Origin: Clostridia bacterium | Lineage (GTDB): Bacteria; Bacillota; Clostridia; Oscillospirales; Acutalibacteraceae | Length of the DNA stretch: 64,000 nt | Direction: 5' to 3' | NCBI GenBank assembly: GCA_017414965.1 | Contig: JAFQJL010000021.1 | Location: forward strand, 13,886-77,885 | Part shown: in pieces, positions 17,461-28,600 of the stretch | Layout: the number at the start of each line of letters is the position of its first letter | Numbering within the stretch: the stretch's first letter is position 1 | Notes under the pieces: model-generated | Told to the model about the DNA's origin: nothing | Databases searched by the model: none | The model's input: only the letters and a program-made list of their open reading frames with translations | Program-made: the position numbers and the translations under genes

Positions 17461-18516
17461 TTATTTCGCGGCGGCTTTTTCGCACGCCTCAAACAGACCG
17501 TTGATATAGGTGGCTCCGAGTGCGCGGTCGAACAGACCGTAGCCCGGTTTGCCGGTCTCGCCCCAGATCATACGACCGTGGTCGGGGCGGACGTAGCCAT
17601 CGTAGCCGTTGTCCACCAGCGCCTTGACGATGTCGTAGATGTCCAGCGTGCCGCAGGAGGAGAGATGTGCGCGCTCCTCAAACGAGCCGTCCGCCATGAT
17701 TTTGACGTTGCGGATGTGCATAAACGCGATGCGATCCATCGCAGCATACTTGCGGATCATTGCCGGAATGTCGTTGGAGGCAGCGCAGCCCAAGCTACCG
17801 GTGCACAGGCACAGGCTGTTGGCGGGGCTGTCAACCAGCGACAAGAAACGGTCTAGGTTTTTCTCGCAGGTGATAATGCGGGGCAGACCAAAGATCGGAT
17901 ACGGCGGATCGTCGGGGTGGATCGCCATGCGGACGCCGCATTCCTCCGCCACCGGAATAACTTTCTTGAGGAAGCGCTCCAGATTGCTCCACAGACCTTC
18001 CTCGCCGAGCTCGCCGTAGGCACCGATCAGCTCGCGGACTTCTTCCTGCGTATAGCTGGAATCCCAGCCCGGCAGATGAATGTCGTCCCTCAGCGGATCT
18101 AAGCCCTTCATCTGTTCCCAATACATCACCAGACTGGTCGAGCCGTCCGGCGCCTTCTTATCCAGCTGTGTGCGCGTCCAGTCAAACACCGGCATAAAGT
18201 TATAGGTGACGCATTTGATGCCGTATTTCGCGCAACGGCGGATGTTTTCGCAGTAGACATCCAGCAAATGCTCTACGTCACCGCGGCCGAGCTTGATGTC
18301 CTCGTGGACCGGAATGGATTCGACCACGTCGAACACCAGACCGTTTTGCTCGCACTGCGCTTTCATCTTAGCCAGACTTTCCTCCGGCCAGACCTCGCCC
18401 GGCTTGACGTCATAGACTGCCGAGACGATCGATCGCATACCGGGGATCTGCGAGATATATTCCAGCGAGATCGGATCGCTCTCGCCGTACCAACGAAATG
18501 ACATTTTCATATTCAT
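17461..18516 (-). CDS. uxuA: mannonate dehydratase
   Basis: N-terminus [13 protein letters not shown] is typical of UxuA; 351 aa. Confidence 0.85.
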   Translation of the reverse strand: MNMKMSFRWYGESDPISLEYISQIPGMRSIVSAVYDVKPGEVWPEESLAKMKAQCEQNGLVFDVVESIPVHEDIKLGRGDVEHLLDVYCENIRRCAKYGIKCVTYNFMPVFDWTRTQLDKKAPDGSTSLVMYWEQMKGLDPLRDDIHLPGWDSSYTQEEVRELIGAYGELGEEGLWSNLERFLKKVIPVAEECGVRMAIHPDDPPYPIFGLPRIITCEKNLDRFLSLVDSPANSLCLCTGSLGCAASNDIPAMIRKYAAMDRIAFMHIRNVKIMADGSFEERAHLSSCGTLDIYDIVKALVDNGYDGYVRPDHGRMIWGETGKPGYGLFDRALGATYINGLFEACEKAAAK

Positions 18517-18517
18517 A

Positions 18518-19927
18518 TCATTTATCTCCTAAGCAGAAGTATTCTTTGGCGTTGTTGTAGCAGATATCCTGCACCATAGCGCCCAGCGCCGGAATGTCAG
18601 CCGGATACTCGCCGTTTTCCACCCAATCGCCGATCAGGTTGCACAGAATCCGGCGGAAATACTCGTGACGGGTATAGCTCAGGAAGCTGCGGGAGTCGGT
18701 CAGCATGCCGATGAAGTTGCCCAGCAGACCGAGGTTGGCCAGACTGGTCATCTGATCCTGCATACCTACCTTGTTGTCGTTAAACCACCAGCCGCTGCCG
18801 TGCTGGATCTTGCCGCGCACGCCTTCGCCCTGGAAGCAGCCGATCAGGGTGCCGATAAACTCGTTGTCGCCCGGATCCAAGCTGTAGAGGATCGTCTTGG
18901 GGAGGTTGCCGGTGACGTTCATTGCATCCAGCAGTTTGGCCAGACCGGCCGCACCGTTGTAAGGGCCGATGGAATCGAATCCGGTGTCCGGACCGAGCTG
19001 CTCAAACATCGCCGAGTTGTTGTTGCGCAGGCAGTTGTAGTGGAGCTGCATTGCCCAACCCAAACGCGTGTATTCCGCGGCACAGAAGAGGAGAAGCGCC
19101 GTTTTCAGCGCATCCGCTTCGTCCTGCGTGACTGGCTCGTCCGCCAAGCCCTTGCGGATGATTTCGTTGATCTCGTCGTCGGTCGCCGGCACATACAGCG
19201 TGTAATCCAGCGCGTGATCGCTGGCGCGGCAGCCGTGCGCGTCAAAGTGCTCGATGCGCAGACGGAGCGCTGCTTTGAGCGACTCCAGATCGACGATCTC
19301 CACACCGGAGACTTCGGACAACTTGGCGATATACGCTTTCCAGCCGGCCTTGTCGATGTTGAGGGCTTTGTCCGGACGGAACGAGGGCGCGACCACCGTT
19401 TTCATCGTGGGATCCTCGGCCAGTTTCTTGTGCCATTCCAGCGAATCCACCGGATCGTCGGTCGTGCCGACAAACGCCACGTTGCTCTGCGCGATCAAAC
19501 CGCGCACGCCCATGTTCGGCTCTTTGAGCTTTTCGGCGGTCAAATTCCACACTTCCTCGGCGGTGTCGCCGTTGAGGATGCCTTCATAACCAAAAAACCG
19601 CTTAAGCTCCAGATGGCACCAATGGTACATCGGGTTGCCGATCGCGCGGGGGAGCGCCTCCGCGAATTTCTGGAACTTGTCCCGATCGCTCGGATTGCCG
19701 GTAATATCTTTTTCCGCCACACCGTTGGAACGCATCACGCGCCACTTGTAGTGGTCGCCGCCGAGCCAGACCTGCGCGATGTTTTCAAAGCGCTTGTCCT
19801 CGTAGATTTCCTGCGGACTGACGTGGCAGTGATAGTCTACGATGGGGCAGGAGGCTGCGTAGTCGTGATACAGCGTTTTCGCCGTGGGGGTTGACAGCAA
19901 AAAATCCTTGTCCATAAACGGTTTCAC
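18518..19927 (-). CDS. uxaC: glucuronate isomerase
   Basis: 469 aa; [14 protein letters not shown] motif characteristic of UxaC. Confidence 0.9.
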   Translation of the reverse strand: MKPFMDKDFLLSTPTAKTLYHDYAASCPIVDYHCHVSPQEIYEDKRFENIAQVWLGGDHYKWRVMRSNGVAEKDITGNPSDRDKFQKFAEALPRAIGNPMYHWCHLELKRFFGYEGILNGDTAEEVWNLTAEKLKEPNMGVRGLIAQSNVAFVGTTDDPVDSLEWHKKLAEDPTMKTVVAPSFRPDKALNIDKAGWKAYIAKLSEVSGVEIVDLESLKAALRLRIEHFDAHGCRASDHALDYTLYVPATDDEINEIIRKGLADEPVTQDEADALKTALLLFCAAEYTRLGWAMQLHYNCLRNNNSAMFEQLGPDTGFDSIGPYNGAAGLAKLLDAMNVTGNLPKTILYSLDPGDNEFIGTLIGCFQGEGVRGKIQHGSGWWFNDNKVGMQDQMTSLANLGLLGNFIGMLTDSRSFLSYTRHEYFRRILCNLIGDWVENGEYPADIPALGAMVQDICYNNAKEYFCLGDK

Positions 19928-20118
19928 AGTTTATCATCCTCTTTCGGAATAGTATAACCTTATTTGTATTTATATATAATATAAATATCGCCATAATATA
20001 TAATATTGAATTCCTAGGAGATTGTCAAGCGAAAAGCACAACAAAAATGCACAAAAATACAAAAAAGCGCAGAGGAACGCAGACGGCAGAATTAAGGGGA
20101 AAAACTTTCGGAAATGGC

Positions 20119-20147
20119 TTGACATCGGTTTCGAAAAATGGTATGAT
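20119..20147 (+). promoter_or_regulatory. promoter of the tRNA-Ser pair
   Basis: TTGACA (20119-20124), 17-nt spacer, TGg-TATGAT extended -10 (20142-20147). Confidence 0.65.
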
Positions 20148-20164
20148 AAGTGCGTTCTCGCAAC

Positions 20165-20252
20165 GGAGAGGTGTCCGAGCGGTTTAAGGAGCCGGTCTTG
20201 AAAACCGGTGACCCCAAAAGGGCCGTGGGTTCGAATCCCACCCTCTCCGCCA
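20165..20252 (+). tRNA. tRNA-Ser (anticodon UGA)
   Basis: GGAGAGG acceptor, anticodon loop CTTGAAA, long variable arm, GGTTCGAATCC T-arm, encoded CCA. Confidence 0.9.
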
Positions 20253-20310
20253 ACCTTTCCGAAAATCGAATAACTGATCTGTCCTCACTGCCGACGGATC
20301 GGAACAATAC

Positions 20311-20400
20311 GGAGAAGTACTCAAGTGGTGACGAGGCGCCCCTGCTAAGGGCGTAGGTCGGGTAACCGGCGCGAGGGTTCAAGTCCCTCCTTCTCCGCCA
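20311..20400 (+). tRNA. tRNA-Ser (anticodon GCU)
   Basis: GGAGAAG acceptor, anticodon loop CTGCTAA, long variable arm, GGTTCAAGTCC T-arm, encoded CCA. Confidence 0.9.
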
Positions 20401-20403
20401 ATC

Positions 20404-20436
20404 AAAAAGCCACCCCGTTCGGAGTGGCTTTTTGAT
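20404..20436 (+). terminator. terminator after the tRNA-Ser pair
   Basis: GCCACCCC-GTTC-GGAGTGGC hairpin plus T-run. Confidence 0.75.
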
Positions 20437-20553
20437 TTGTTGATACAGCGAAGCCTTGAGCCCGAGCGCCGGGGACCGGCGTGGGCAAAACCTGTGAGCG
20501 CCGCCGGTGGCGGATACTCTGTTTGTATAGCAAGGATTGGAACAAAAAGCACC

Positions 20554-20577
20554 GAGCGATTGCTCAATGTCATTAAG
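20554..20577. repeat. left island junction: direct repeat GAGCGATTGCTC (20554-20565) plus terminal inverted repeat AATGTCATTAAG (20566-20577)
   Basis: Exact match to the right junction, read directly from the sequence. Confidence 0.85.
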
Positions 20578-20954
20578 TTAAGTGGGTTTTTATATTTTAG
20601 TTAAAAAGACCTCCCCGGTTTTTAAAATCGGGGGGTCCTTTTTTATTGAAATTGCGTCTTAAAACAAGTAAAGCAAAACGAACACAATAAGCTATTGGTT
20701 TTTACAAATCCATCTAATTACGCTGAAGGCGCGTGCGTATCGCCGAACTCACCAAGACACATAAGAAATAATGTCAAATAAAAGAAAACAGCCGCACCGA
20801 AACCGGTGCGGCTGAAGCTTTATGGGTTTTTAATTACAAGCATCGCGTTTGTTGCCTAAACACAAACTTGTCAGGAATATTACTGTGACCTTTTTATGCA
20901 AATTCTTTCATATATCCCGAATTTGTGGTTCGCTGTGTTTGTAACCCTGTTTCC

Positions 20955-22037
20955 TTATTTCACCCAAGTGCTGGATTCCCGGTTGATACCAACACAGGGA
21001 TCTTTGGTGGAATTGCCATAAAATTCAGGCCATCCAGTGGAATAAAAACAGTTTGAGCCGCCATTTTTATCCACAAAACAGATACTGGAATCAGACACAA
21101 ACACATCCGTTGCATTTTCCGCCAAGCAAAACTTTTCACAATATGTAAATTCCGGCACATCGGTGTTTTGCGAATCATTTGAAACGCACTTTCCCCAAAG
21201 CCATACATTTGCCTTGTTGTCCAACGCAGCGATAGTCTTTCTCGAACTTGAAACGTTGCTCATTCCGCTGCCAAGTTGCATTAAACCGTTTATCTTGGAC
21301 TCGTTACCGCTAACCAACTTTTGATAATCACCGTAGTACCACAAGTCGTTATTGCTTAAAACGACAACAAACGCCTCTTCCATATGTACTTCTGTTACGC
21401 AAGTACCCATAAACTGTGCATTGAGTTCTGCCATCATAGTAGAGGTTACTTGCCCGTATGAGTCAATACTACCGTCATCTTTTGCCCACAAAATCATTTC
21501 ATCGTTCACATCTGCGCAAACAACATCTTCTGCTAAAAGCTTTGGACTGTCTATACCGTAGGTTTCGCCATTAAATGTACCGACCAAGTAGAGTGTTGCA
21601 CTATTATCAGCATAAAGTAAATAATTAGATTCTGCAACGGCAAAAACAACATTCTCTAAAACCTGCATGAGTTTTGTTTTGTCGTTATACTTGTAAAGCG
21701 GCAACGACTGCTTATTCCAAATATACAAGTTTTGATCCTTATCTATGTAGTATCCGCCCCCGGGCAGTTCACCAAAACTGCACACATTTTCGGCTACGAT
21801 ACCTCTTTTTGCATCTTGATAAACAGCATAAGACGAAGTATCTGAATCTGCGCCAGTACAGTACAGCGTCCCATCTTCGCTCAAGAAATACGCCGCACTG
21901 CTATGGGCACGAGCTTTGGATAACTTAACTTCACACAAGGATAAATTAGAGGTTTGGAAATTATTTGAACAGGCAATCGGCAAAAATAATGTACTGGTTA
22001 GCATAAACAATAACAATACTTTTCGAATTATTCCCAT
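20955..22037 (-). CDS. lipoprotein with repeated beta-propeller-like (RCC1-like) units
   Basis: Lipobox LPIAC. About 50-aa repeats ending in DGxLY/NxxLW-type strands. Confidence 0.45.
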   Translation of the reverse strand: MGIIRKVLLLFMLTSTLFLPIACSNNFQTSNLSLCEVKLSKARAHSSAAYFLSEDGTLYCTGADSDTSSYAVYQDAKRGIVAENVCSFGELPGGGYYIDKDQNLYIWNKQSLPLYKYNDKTKLMQVLENVVFAVAESNYLLYADNSATLYLVGTFNGETYGIDSPKLLAEDVVCADVNDEMILWAKDDGSIDSYGQVTSTMMAELNAQFMGTCVTEVHMEEAFVVVLSNNDLWYYGDYQKLVSGNESKINGLMQLGSGMSNVSSSRKTIAALDNKANVWLWGKCVSNDSQNTDVPEFTYCEKFCLAENATDVFVSDSSICFVDKNGGSNCFYSTGWPEFYGNSTKDPCVGINRESSTWVK

Positions 22038-22159
22038 TCAAAAACCCCCTCCATCAAATTAAAAATTTTAATTCTACCTTTTAAGGGGGTTGGGAATGTC
22101 CCAACAACTGCCTTTTATCCCCAAAAGGCGATGCTTGCTGGTATAGTGTATATTCAATC

Positions 22160-22600
22160 TCACACGGCGGAATGATAAAATTCTTTATTTCCCATATGAT
22201 TCTCAATGGAACGCCATCTAAGCCCCGAAGCACAAATCAAAGTACCTGCATAATTATCTAGATCGGGTTCTGACAAATTACCGCAGTCACACCAATAAAT
22301 ATTTTCATCTTTCATAATCATTGTAGAATCTAATATTTCGCAGGTATAACTTTCATTAACAGGAAAAAGTTTTAAGTGTTTTAATCCTTGAAATTCCATC
22401 TCTATCATAGAGTTCTTTTCGTATTGTCGTTGAATTACAACTCGTAGAACCCTACGATCATTCAAGGGATGCATTGAAAGGTTTTCACTAACATATGCTC
22501 CACTTATATAACTTATTTCTTTTATGCAACTATCGTGAAAATAGCATACATTTTCCATAAACTTCAACATTTCGTCGTTAGTACGAATTATCTCCCACAT
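22160..22600 (-). CDS. putative immunity protein for the RHS C-terminal toxin
   Basis: 146-aa cytoplasmic protein starting (MWEIIRT, AAGGAAA RBS) 20 nt after the RHS stop. This is the canonical toxin-immunity arrangement. Confidence 0.6.
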   Translation of the reverse strand: MWEIIRTNDEMLKFMENVCYFHDSCIKEISYISGAYVSENLSMHPLNDRRVLRVVIQRQYEKNSMIEMEFQGLKHLKLFPVNESYTCEILDSTMIMKDENIYWCDCGNLSEPDLDNYAGTLICASGLRWRSIENHMGNKEFYHSAV

Positions 22601-22619
22601 AGATGTTTCCTTTCTTAAA

Positions 22620-25600
22620 CTAACCAAATATCAAAATCAAACCTTCTCCAACACCTGTGCCTAACGGTCCAAACAAGAAATCATCAGCAACACCAATTCC
22701 TGTGGCATCATCTGCAGCTACAACAACAATTCCAACAACACATATGGTAACAAGCCCAACACCTAAAACAGGATCTAGTGAAAATTCATAATCTGGCGAC
22801 GGTGGCAGATGGTCTTTTTGTCTTTGTCCATTTTTCCATTCGTGATCGTGTGGGAATGGAATGTCTTTTCCTGGATGATTGTAATCTCTATCTCTAACCG
22901 CATTACCGTCTGGACCATACCATCGTTTCTGTTTAGGAGTTCCGTCAGGATTCGGTAAAGTTTGACTTGAACCTGGTTCCCCTGTTGGTGGCAAATTATT
23001 TGCAGTAGACACAACAACTGAAGAAGAAGGAAAAAAGAAATTCTTTACTGGCTGAATAATATTTTTATTTACCCAATTTGCTGCTGTTTCTATCCACTTA
23101 GGCCAGTTACCTGTCGGATCAGACATATTTACAGGATTGTTCATACAATATGTAAACATATTGTTGCCTAAAATACTTCCACCGACACCGGATATTTGAT
23201 TATCCGCATTAATAAATCGGCCAATTTGCGGATCATAGTAACGGCTGGATGCGTAGTAGAGTCCTGTTTCGGCATCGTAGAAATAGCCGCGATAGCGGAT
23301 GGGGTTGACGGTGCCGATGCCAACGGAGGTGGTATCCGTCATATTGATGAGGTTGCCCCAGGCATCGTATTCGTACGAAACCACCATCGCTCCTTCGGGG
23401 TTGTAGATCCCCACGACGTCGCCGCGCGCATTGGTCGCCACGTAATAACCGACATATCTTGTGTCGTCGTCCGCGTTATAATAATACTTGATCGCCGAGA
23501 GATTGCCGTAGCTGTCATAAGAATAATGAATGTGCCGTCCGTCGCGGATTTCGCCGTGAAGCTGCCCGTCAATATACAGGTATTCGCTCTTGACGCCGTT
23601 GACCGTCTTGGAGGTACGCATACCGTTGTCGTCATAGGTATAGGCAACGGCCGTATTCCCTTTGCTATAACTGCTCAGTTGCCGTCCGTTTTGCCAGCCA
23701 AGCGTGGCGCCCAGATAAGAAACCGGATTGCCGATCTCGTCGTACGTGATTGTGCCGGTCGGAGAAGAAAGCGTCGAGCCCGCTTCGGTAGAAACAGAGC
23801 GCAGCGGTTTTGCCCACGGAGCATCACCGGCACTGCCGTAACCGTAATTATCACAATGGATATGGGTCAACGTGCTCAAGTTCTCCGTAGCGAGATCGGT
23901 GTAGTTATATACCTTGCGACTCAAGCGGTTGCCATATCCGTCGTACGTATAATGGGTGGTTTGGTTTGTTGAAACGAAATTTTCGCGAATGAGCTGGCCG
24001 AGGGCATCGTATTCGTAGGAAGCGTAATCGACAAAGTTTCCGGTTGTGCCGTTTGCCAAGACCTCGCCCTTTTCGATTTCGATGATATTGCCGGCCTCAT
24101 CGTACGTATACCGATACGCCGCGTCGTTAATGGTTTCGACCTCTAACAGCGTTGTTTGATAGAGAGTCTGACTTCCTGTGTTACGGTCAGAACGGTAATA
24201 GGAGTAGGTGTTGGTCAGCGGTGTTTCGGTCGAGAAGGTACGGGCAGTCAGGCGGTTGAGCCCGTCATACGAATAGTCCGCATAGCGAACGCTGGTATAC
24301 AGGTATCGCGTCGGCAGATTGTCGGCCGCATAGCGTTCGGTGGCGGTTTTGCCCGAAATAGCGGAGTAAAGGTATTTTGCCGAATGGGTATGACCGGCAT
24401 ACTCGACAGCCAACTTGGTGAGGTTGTTGCGGCCGTCGTAACCGAACTCTACCATACCGATATGCGTGCCGGTGGTGGATTGAATTAAGGTTTGAATGGG
24501 ACGGTTAATAGAGTCGTACGAATAGGAGAATTTTCGACCCGCAACCAAATCTGTGAACGATTGCAAGGTGCCGCCGGAATCGTACGTGTAATTAAACAGG
24601 GTGTTGGTACCGTTGCCGATAGTGGCGATTTGCCCGAGCCAGCTATAGGAATAGGTCCGAACGTCGCCATTTCCATAGGTGGCGGTTTTCAGTTTGCCGT
24701 TGTTGGCGGCGTAGGTATTTGAGGAAAGCAGATGGCCGTTTACCGACGTGGAAAGCGTGTTTCCAAACCGATCCACTTCAAACGAATACGTATCGGAGCC
24801 GTAGCTCAGCGTATCCAGTCGGTCTCCGTCGTAGGTGTAGGAAACGGTGCCAAGAGAGTGATTGGCGGCATCGGTAACGGTGACGGAGGATAGGCGATCG
24901 TTTGTACTCGAAACGTAGGTGTTGGTGGTCTTGTTGCCGGACGGGGATGTAATGGTAGAAGTGCGGGCATATCCATCGTAGGTATATGTCGTTTTTTTGT
25001 TGTCGGCGTCAACCACAGAAGCGATCTGGGCGCCGGCTTGGATATTCCCTTTAGCTCCAGTATATGTCACATCGGATTTAAATGCAAGTGTTTCATCCTC
25101 ACTTTTTACAACACTCGAAGTGGCCTGACCTCTGGTATTGTAGGTAAAGGTGGTGGTGACGTCACCGGCGGAGGTGGCACTTAATAAGTTGTGCTTGGCA
25201 TCGTAGGTATAGTTATAGTCATAGCCAAGCGCATCCGTGGCGGACGTCATATCCGGTCCGTCGTATTCCATCGTGGATTTTTGCTCTGCGTTGGCAGCGG
25301 TGGAGATCAAATTGCCTTCGTCGTCGTACGTATAGGTGTTCGCATTGTCCCGTATCAACTGGATCCAGTCAAAATACAGAAAATTGGCTTGATTTCTGCT
25401 CCGCGGTCGCACCAGAATGCTTGTCGGTGTGTCGCTGGCATTTTGCGAAGAAACGAGACTGATCACCTGTGAGGCATACTGCCAACCGGTGATGGCGGTA
25501 TTAAACTTTACTGCCGGCTTCGTTTCGGAATAAGTCGTGCCGTCGGCCTTCTTATAATTGACCGCCACATAAATCTCTGCCAAGCAGTTTTCGTGATTGG

Positions 25601-28600
25601 TTCCCTGAGTCGGCGTGCCACACATCCAACCACTCAGAATGTACGTTTCGTTTGGATCTCCGGAGACTGCAACCGATTGCGACAGATACTTATTGCTGTT
25701 AACGCTGGTTCCCATGCGAATGCTGGCGGTGCCCTGAATCTGATTGGAATGGGTGATGCCTTGGGTTACGATAGAGTCATAAGTGGAATACGTAATGTTG
25801 GTAGCCGTCCAATTGCTCGGGAGATGCTCGGAGGTCTCTTTCTCAAAGCTGCAGTTTTGGATGAGGTTGACCGGATGAGCGGTAGTATTCTGCTCCAATT
25901 GAATGCCGTCTACATAGGCGGTACCGGTCATATTGCGGAGAGCGATAGCCGTTCGAACCGATGTGGAATCGGACGGCAGATCGAACGTGACCGATAAACG
26001 GCGCCAGCCGTTGTCAATAGCGGTATCATTGACCGTATCAATGCACTTGGAGCGAACGGTATGTGCGATTCCGCCACTGTCATAACTAACCGAAAGATAT
26101 ACGCCGTTTAATGCATCGCTGTAAACAGAGGTCAGGGTTGTCGTCTTCACATACGCAGAAAACGTATAGGTATTTCCGGCGTTGAGACCCGTTACCGTTT
26201 GTCGGAAATCGGCACGGCCGGCAAGAGCCCCGATGGCAGTGTTGTTGATTTTAATGGATTTCTTTCCGAAATACGCATAGGTAGAGGATGCCGCAACCGT
26301 GGAAGTGGCATTGGTGATAACGGGCGTCCATCCGGTCATACTCTCAACGTTGCCGTTATCTGTGAAATTAACGACGTTTCGACCAAAAGCAGAGGAGATC
26401 ACCACGCGGTTTTGATTTTTCAGTGCGGCGGTGCTTTCCGTGGAATAATCGGTATAGCGGGCGGAAGAGGCGCCGGTGCTCGTCCCCGACATATATCTTG
26501 TCATAGTAGAGGTCAACCGACCAAGGTTATCGAACTGGCAGATGGTCTGCATATCGTCCGAATTGCCGTACACATCGTCTTTGCCGGAGACACGAATGAC
26601 GGTGGTGTTATACTTGGAACGATCAAAACTGACGATTTGCCCAGTCAAACGATTACCTGCGGAATCCGCCGCGCTGTACTCGGTAATTCTGCTGACGCGT
26701 TTGCCGGTAGCCAACGTCGTATACGTAAAGCCAAGCCGATAGTCGGCGTCATCGGTTACGGTCAGCATCGAAAGCGGAGAGGTCGTTTCATAGGTGAAGT
26801 TTGCAACGGTGCCGCCGTAATAGGAGATCTGGCGAACAGTACCGTTGGAATTGCGGTAGAAGTACATCTTTCTACCGAACGGGTCGGTGATGGATTGGAC
26901 GTTGTTGGAGTTGCTGTAATTGAAGGTATACTTATAGCCGGAGCCATCGACGATATAATCAATCTTTTCTCCCTCGCCGATATCAGTCATGTTGCCGGTC
27001 TCCTCAGCGGTGCCCGCCGGCAGAAATGCGATGTCGATCGTTTGGCCGTTGGCGTTGACCATTTGTTTTAGGTTTCCAGCGGAATTAAAGCGGAGTTTAT
27101 TTCCTTCTTTATCACTGATTGTGTAATAAGAAACACTGGTTTTGGGAATGGTGAGTTTCAGGCCGAGACCATCTTCGTCCAAAAACGTAGTCGTTCCGTT
27201 TTCAACCTTTCTTACAAAATAATGATCGGTGCCGTCGGCATCGGTATAGACATACGGGTACTTTTCTTGCATTTCTCCCGTTAAATTGAATTTTGTTGAT
27301 GAAAGTACGGTCTGGTGAACGCTTAAACGCCAACCAGTACCTATGATGGATTTAGAGGAATGGTTGTGGCCGATGTTGTAGTTTATATTGGAGATATAGC
27401 CGTTATATACTAGGTTCATTGACAGAGGCATATTCTGGCTCGGCGAGGTAAACAACGGCGCGACAAAAACCGGGTTGCCGGTGTAGTCGTTTACGTACAT
27501 CGTACCCGCCGTTCCTGCCGGGGCTGCCGTATAGGTCCAATAATCCTCTAAACCCCGATTATTGCGATAGTCAATGATGATAACCGGATACTTGGCGGCA
27601 ATGTCTTCGTCGCTCGTATAGATTTCAGAGCCAAACCAACAAACTGCCAGGTCGGTTTCGGTTTTTGTCTTCAGCATAATGCCATTATTGGCAATTGAGC
27701 CTTCATACCATTGCTTCACAGAACGGGTAATATCGAAATACCGCCATTCCGGTGCAGCAGACACATCTGTGATGAAACAATAATCGTTAACAAGCGAGTC
27801 TGCCAACGAGGGCTGATTGTTCCATGTGACAGACGACGCCGACCAACTACTCCCGATGGTATGTGCGTTGACCTGCATATTTGCCCCGTCTACAAAGCTA
27901 CTGTGCCACATCCGCATAGCGAGATTGGCACCTACAACCATATCGCCTTTGTTCAGTGCCGGCAGATTGAATTTTACCAAGGTGCGCGTTTTGCCATAGG
28001 CATAGGAATCATATCCCACCGAACGAAAGCTTTGTCCGGTGCTGAAATTGGTGCTTGCGTACTCGCTGTCGGAGGCGATAAATGCCGAATCAATTTCTTC
28101 GCGATCTTGCTCAGTGGTAATTATTGGGTCGATTATAACCGGGAAAGTCGTTTCTTCGCTGTTGACCCACGCCGGATCTGCCGTTATTGTAAGAATGGCT
28201 TTATTTTTCGCGCTGCTCAACTCATAAGAAACGGCGGTGGAAATCCGGCCGGCAGAATCGATCATATAAGGAGCGGGAATAACAAATACCACTTCTCCCG
28301 TATCGTTGGCCATCGCCTTGATTCCGCCGTCATCACCGGCGACAAGAGAAACACCCTTGGTTTTGAATTCAAAGGTGTAGGAATATGTATCTGCCGCAGA
28401 ATGGAGGATGATGTTTTCTTTGATTCCTGTTGGAGAGACCTCGTAGTTCAGCGAGGCGTTTTCCTCGAAATAATCATAGGTAATGGACGAGGAAATGGCG
28501 GAAACCGCCTCCATAACTGGATCGGTTCCCTCAACTCGGGCCTTCACGTTACCGGTGACGTTTCGTTTTGTTTTAGAAACGTAATTCCAAGATAGCCGAT

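Noticed and set aside
19928-20118. AT-rich region with repeated ATATAAT-like strings upstream of uxaC, considered as a special repeat element.
   Set aside because: It is consistent with an ordinary AT-rich promoter/operator region for the hexuronate operon, and no defined repeat structure could be established by eye.
20437-20553. GC-rich 117-bp stretch between the tRNA-Ser terminator and the island junction, considered as a tRNA fragment or att site.
   Set aside because: I could fold no cloverleaf or match to the tRNA 3' ends, and the insertion point is clearly the downstream terminator hairpin rather than a tRNA.
20379-20573. ORFs spanning the tRNA-Ser gene or the island junctions (20379..20573(-), 41333..41530(-), 20092..20382(-), 20150..20356(+)).
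   Set aside because: They overlap tRNA genes or cross the transposon junction, and have no coding signal.
23196-28595. Plus-strand ORFs inside the RHS gene (23196..23972, 26199..27071, 27711..28595).
   Set aside because: They are antisense to a continuous 2135-aa YD-repeat ORF with canonical RHS core motifs, and they have no independent support.
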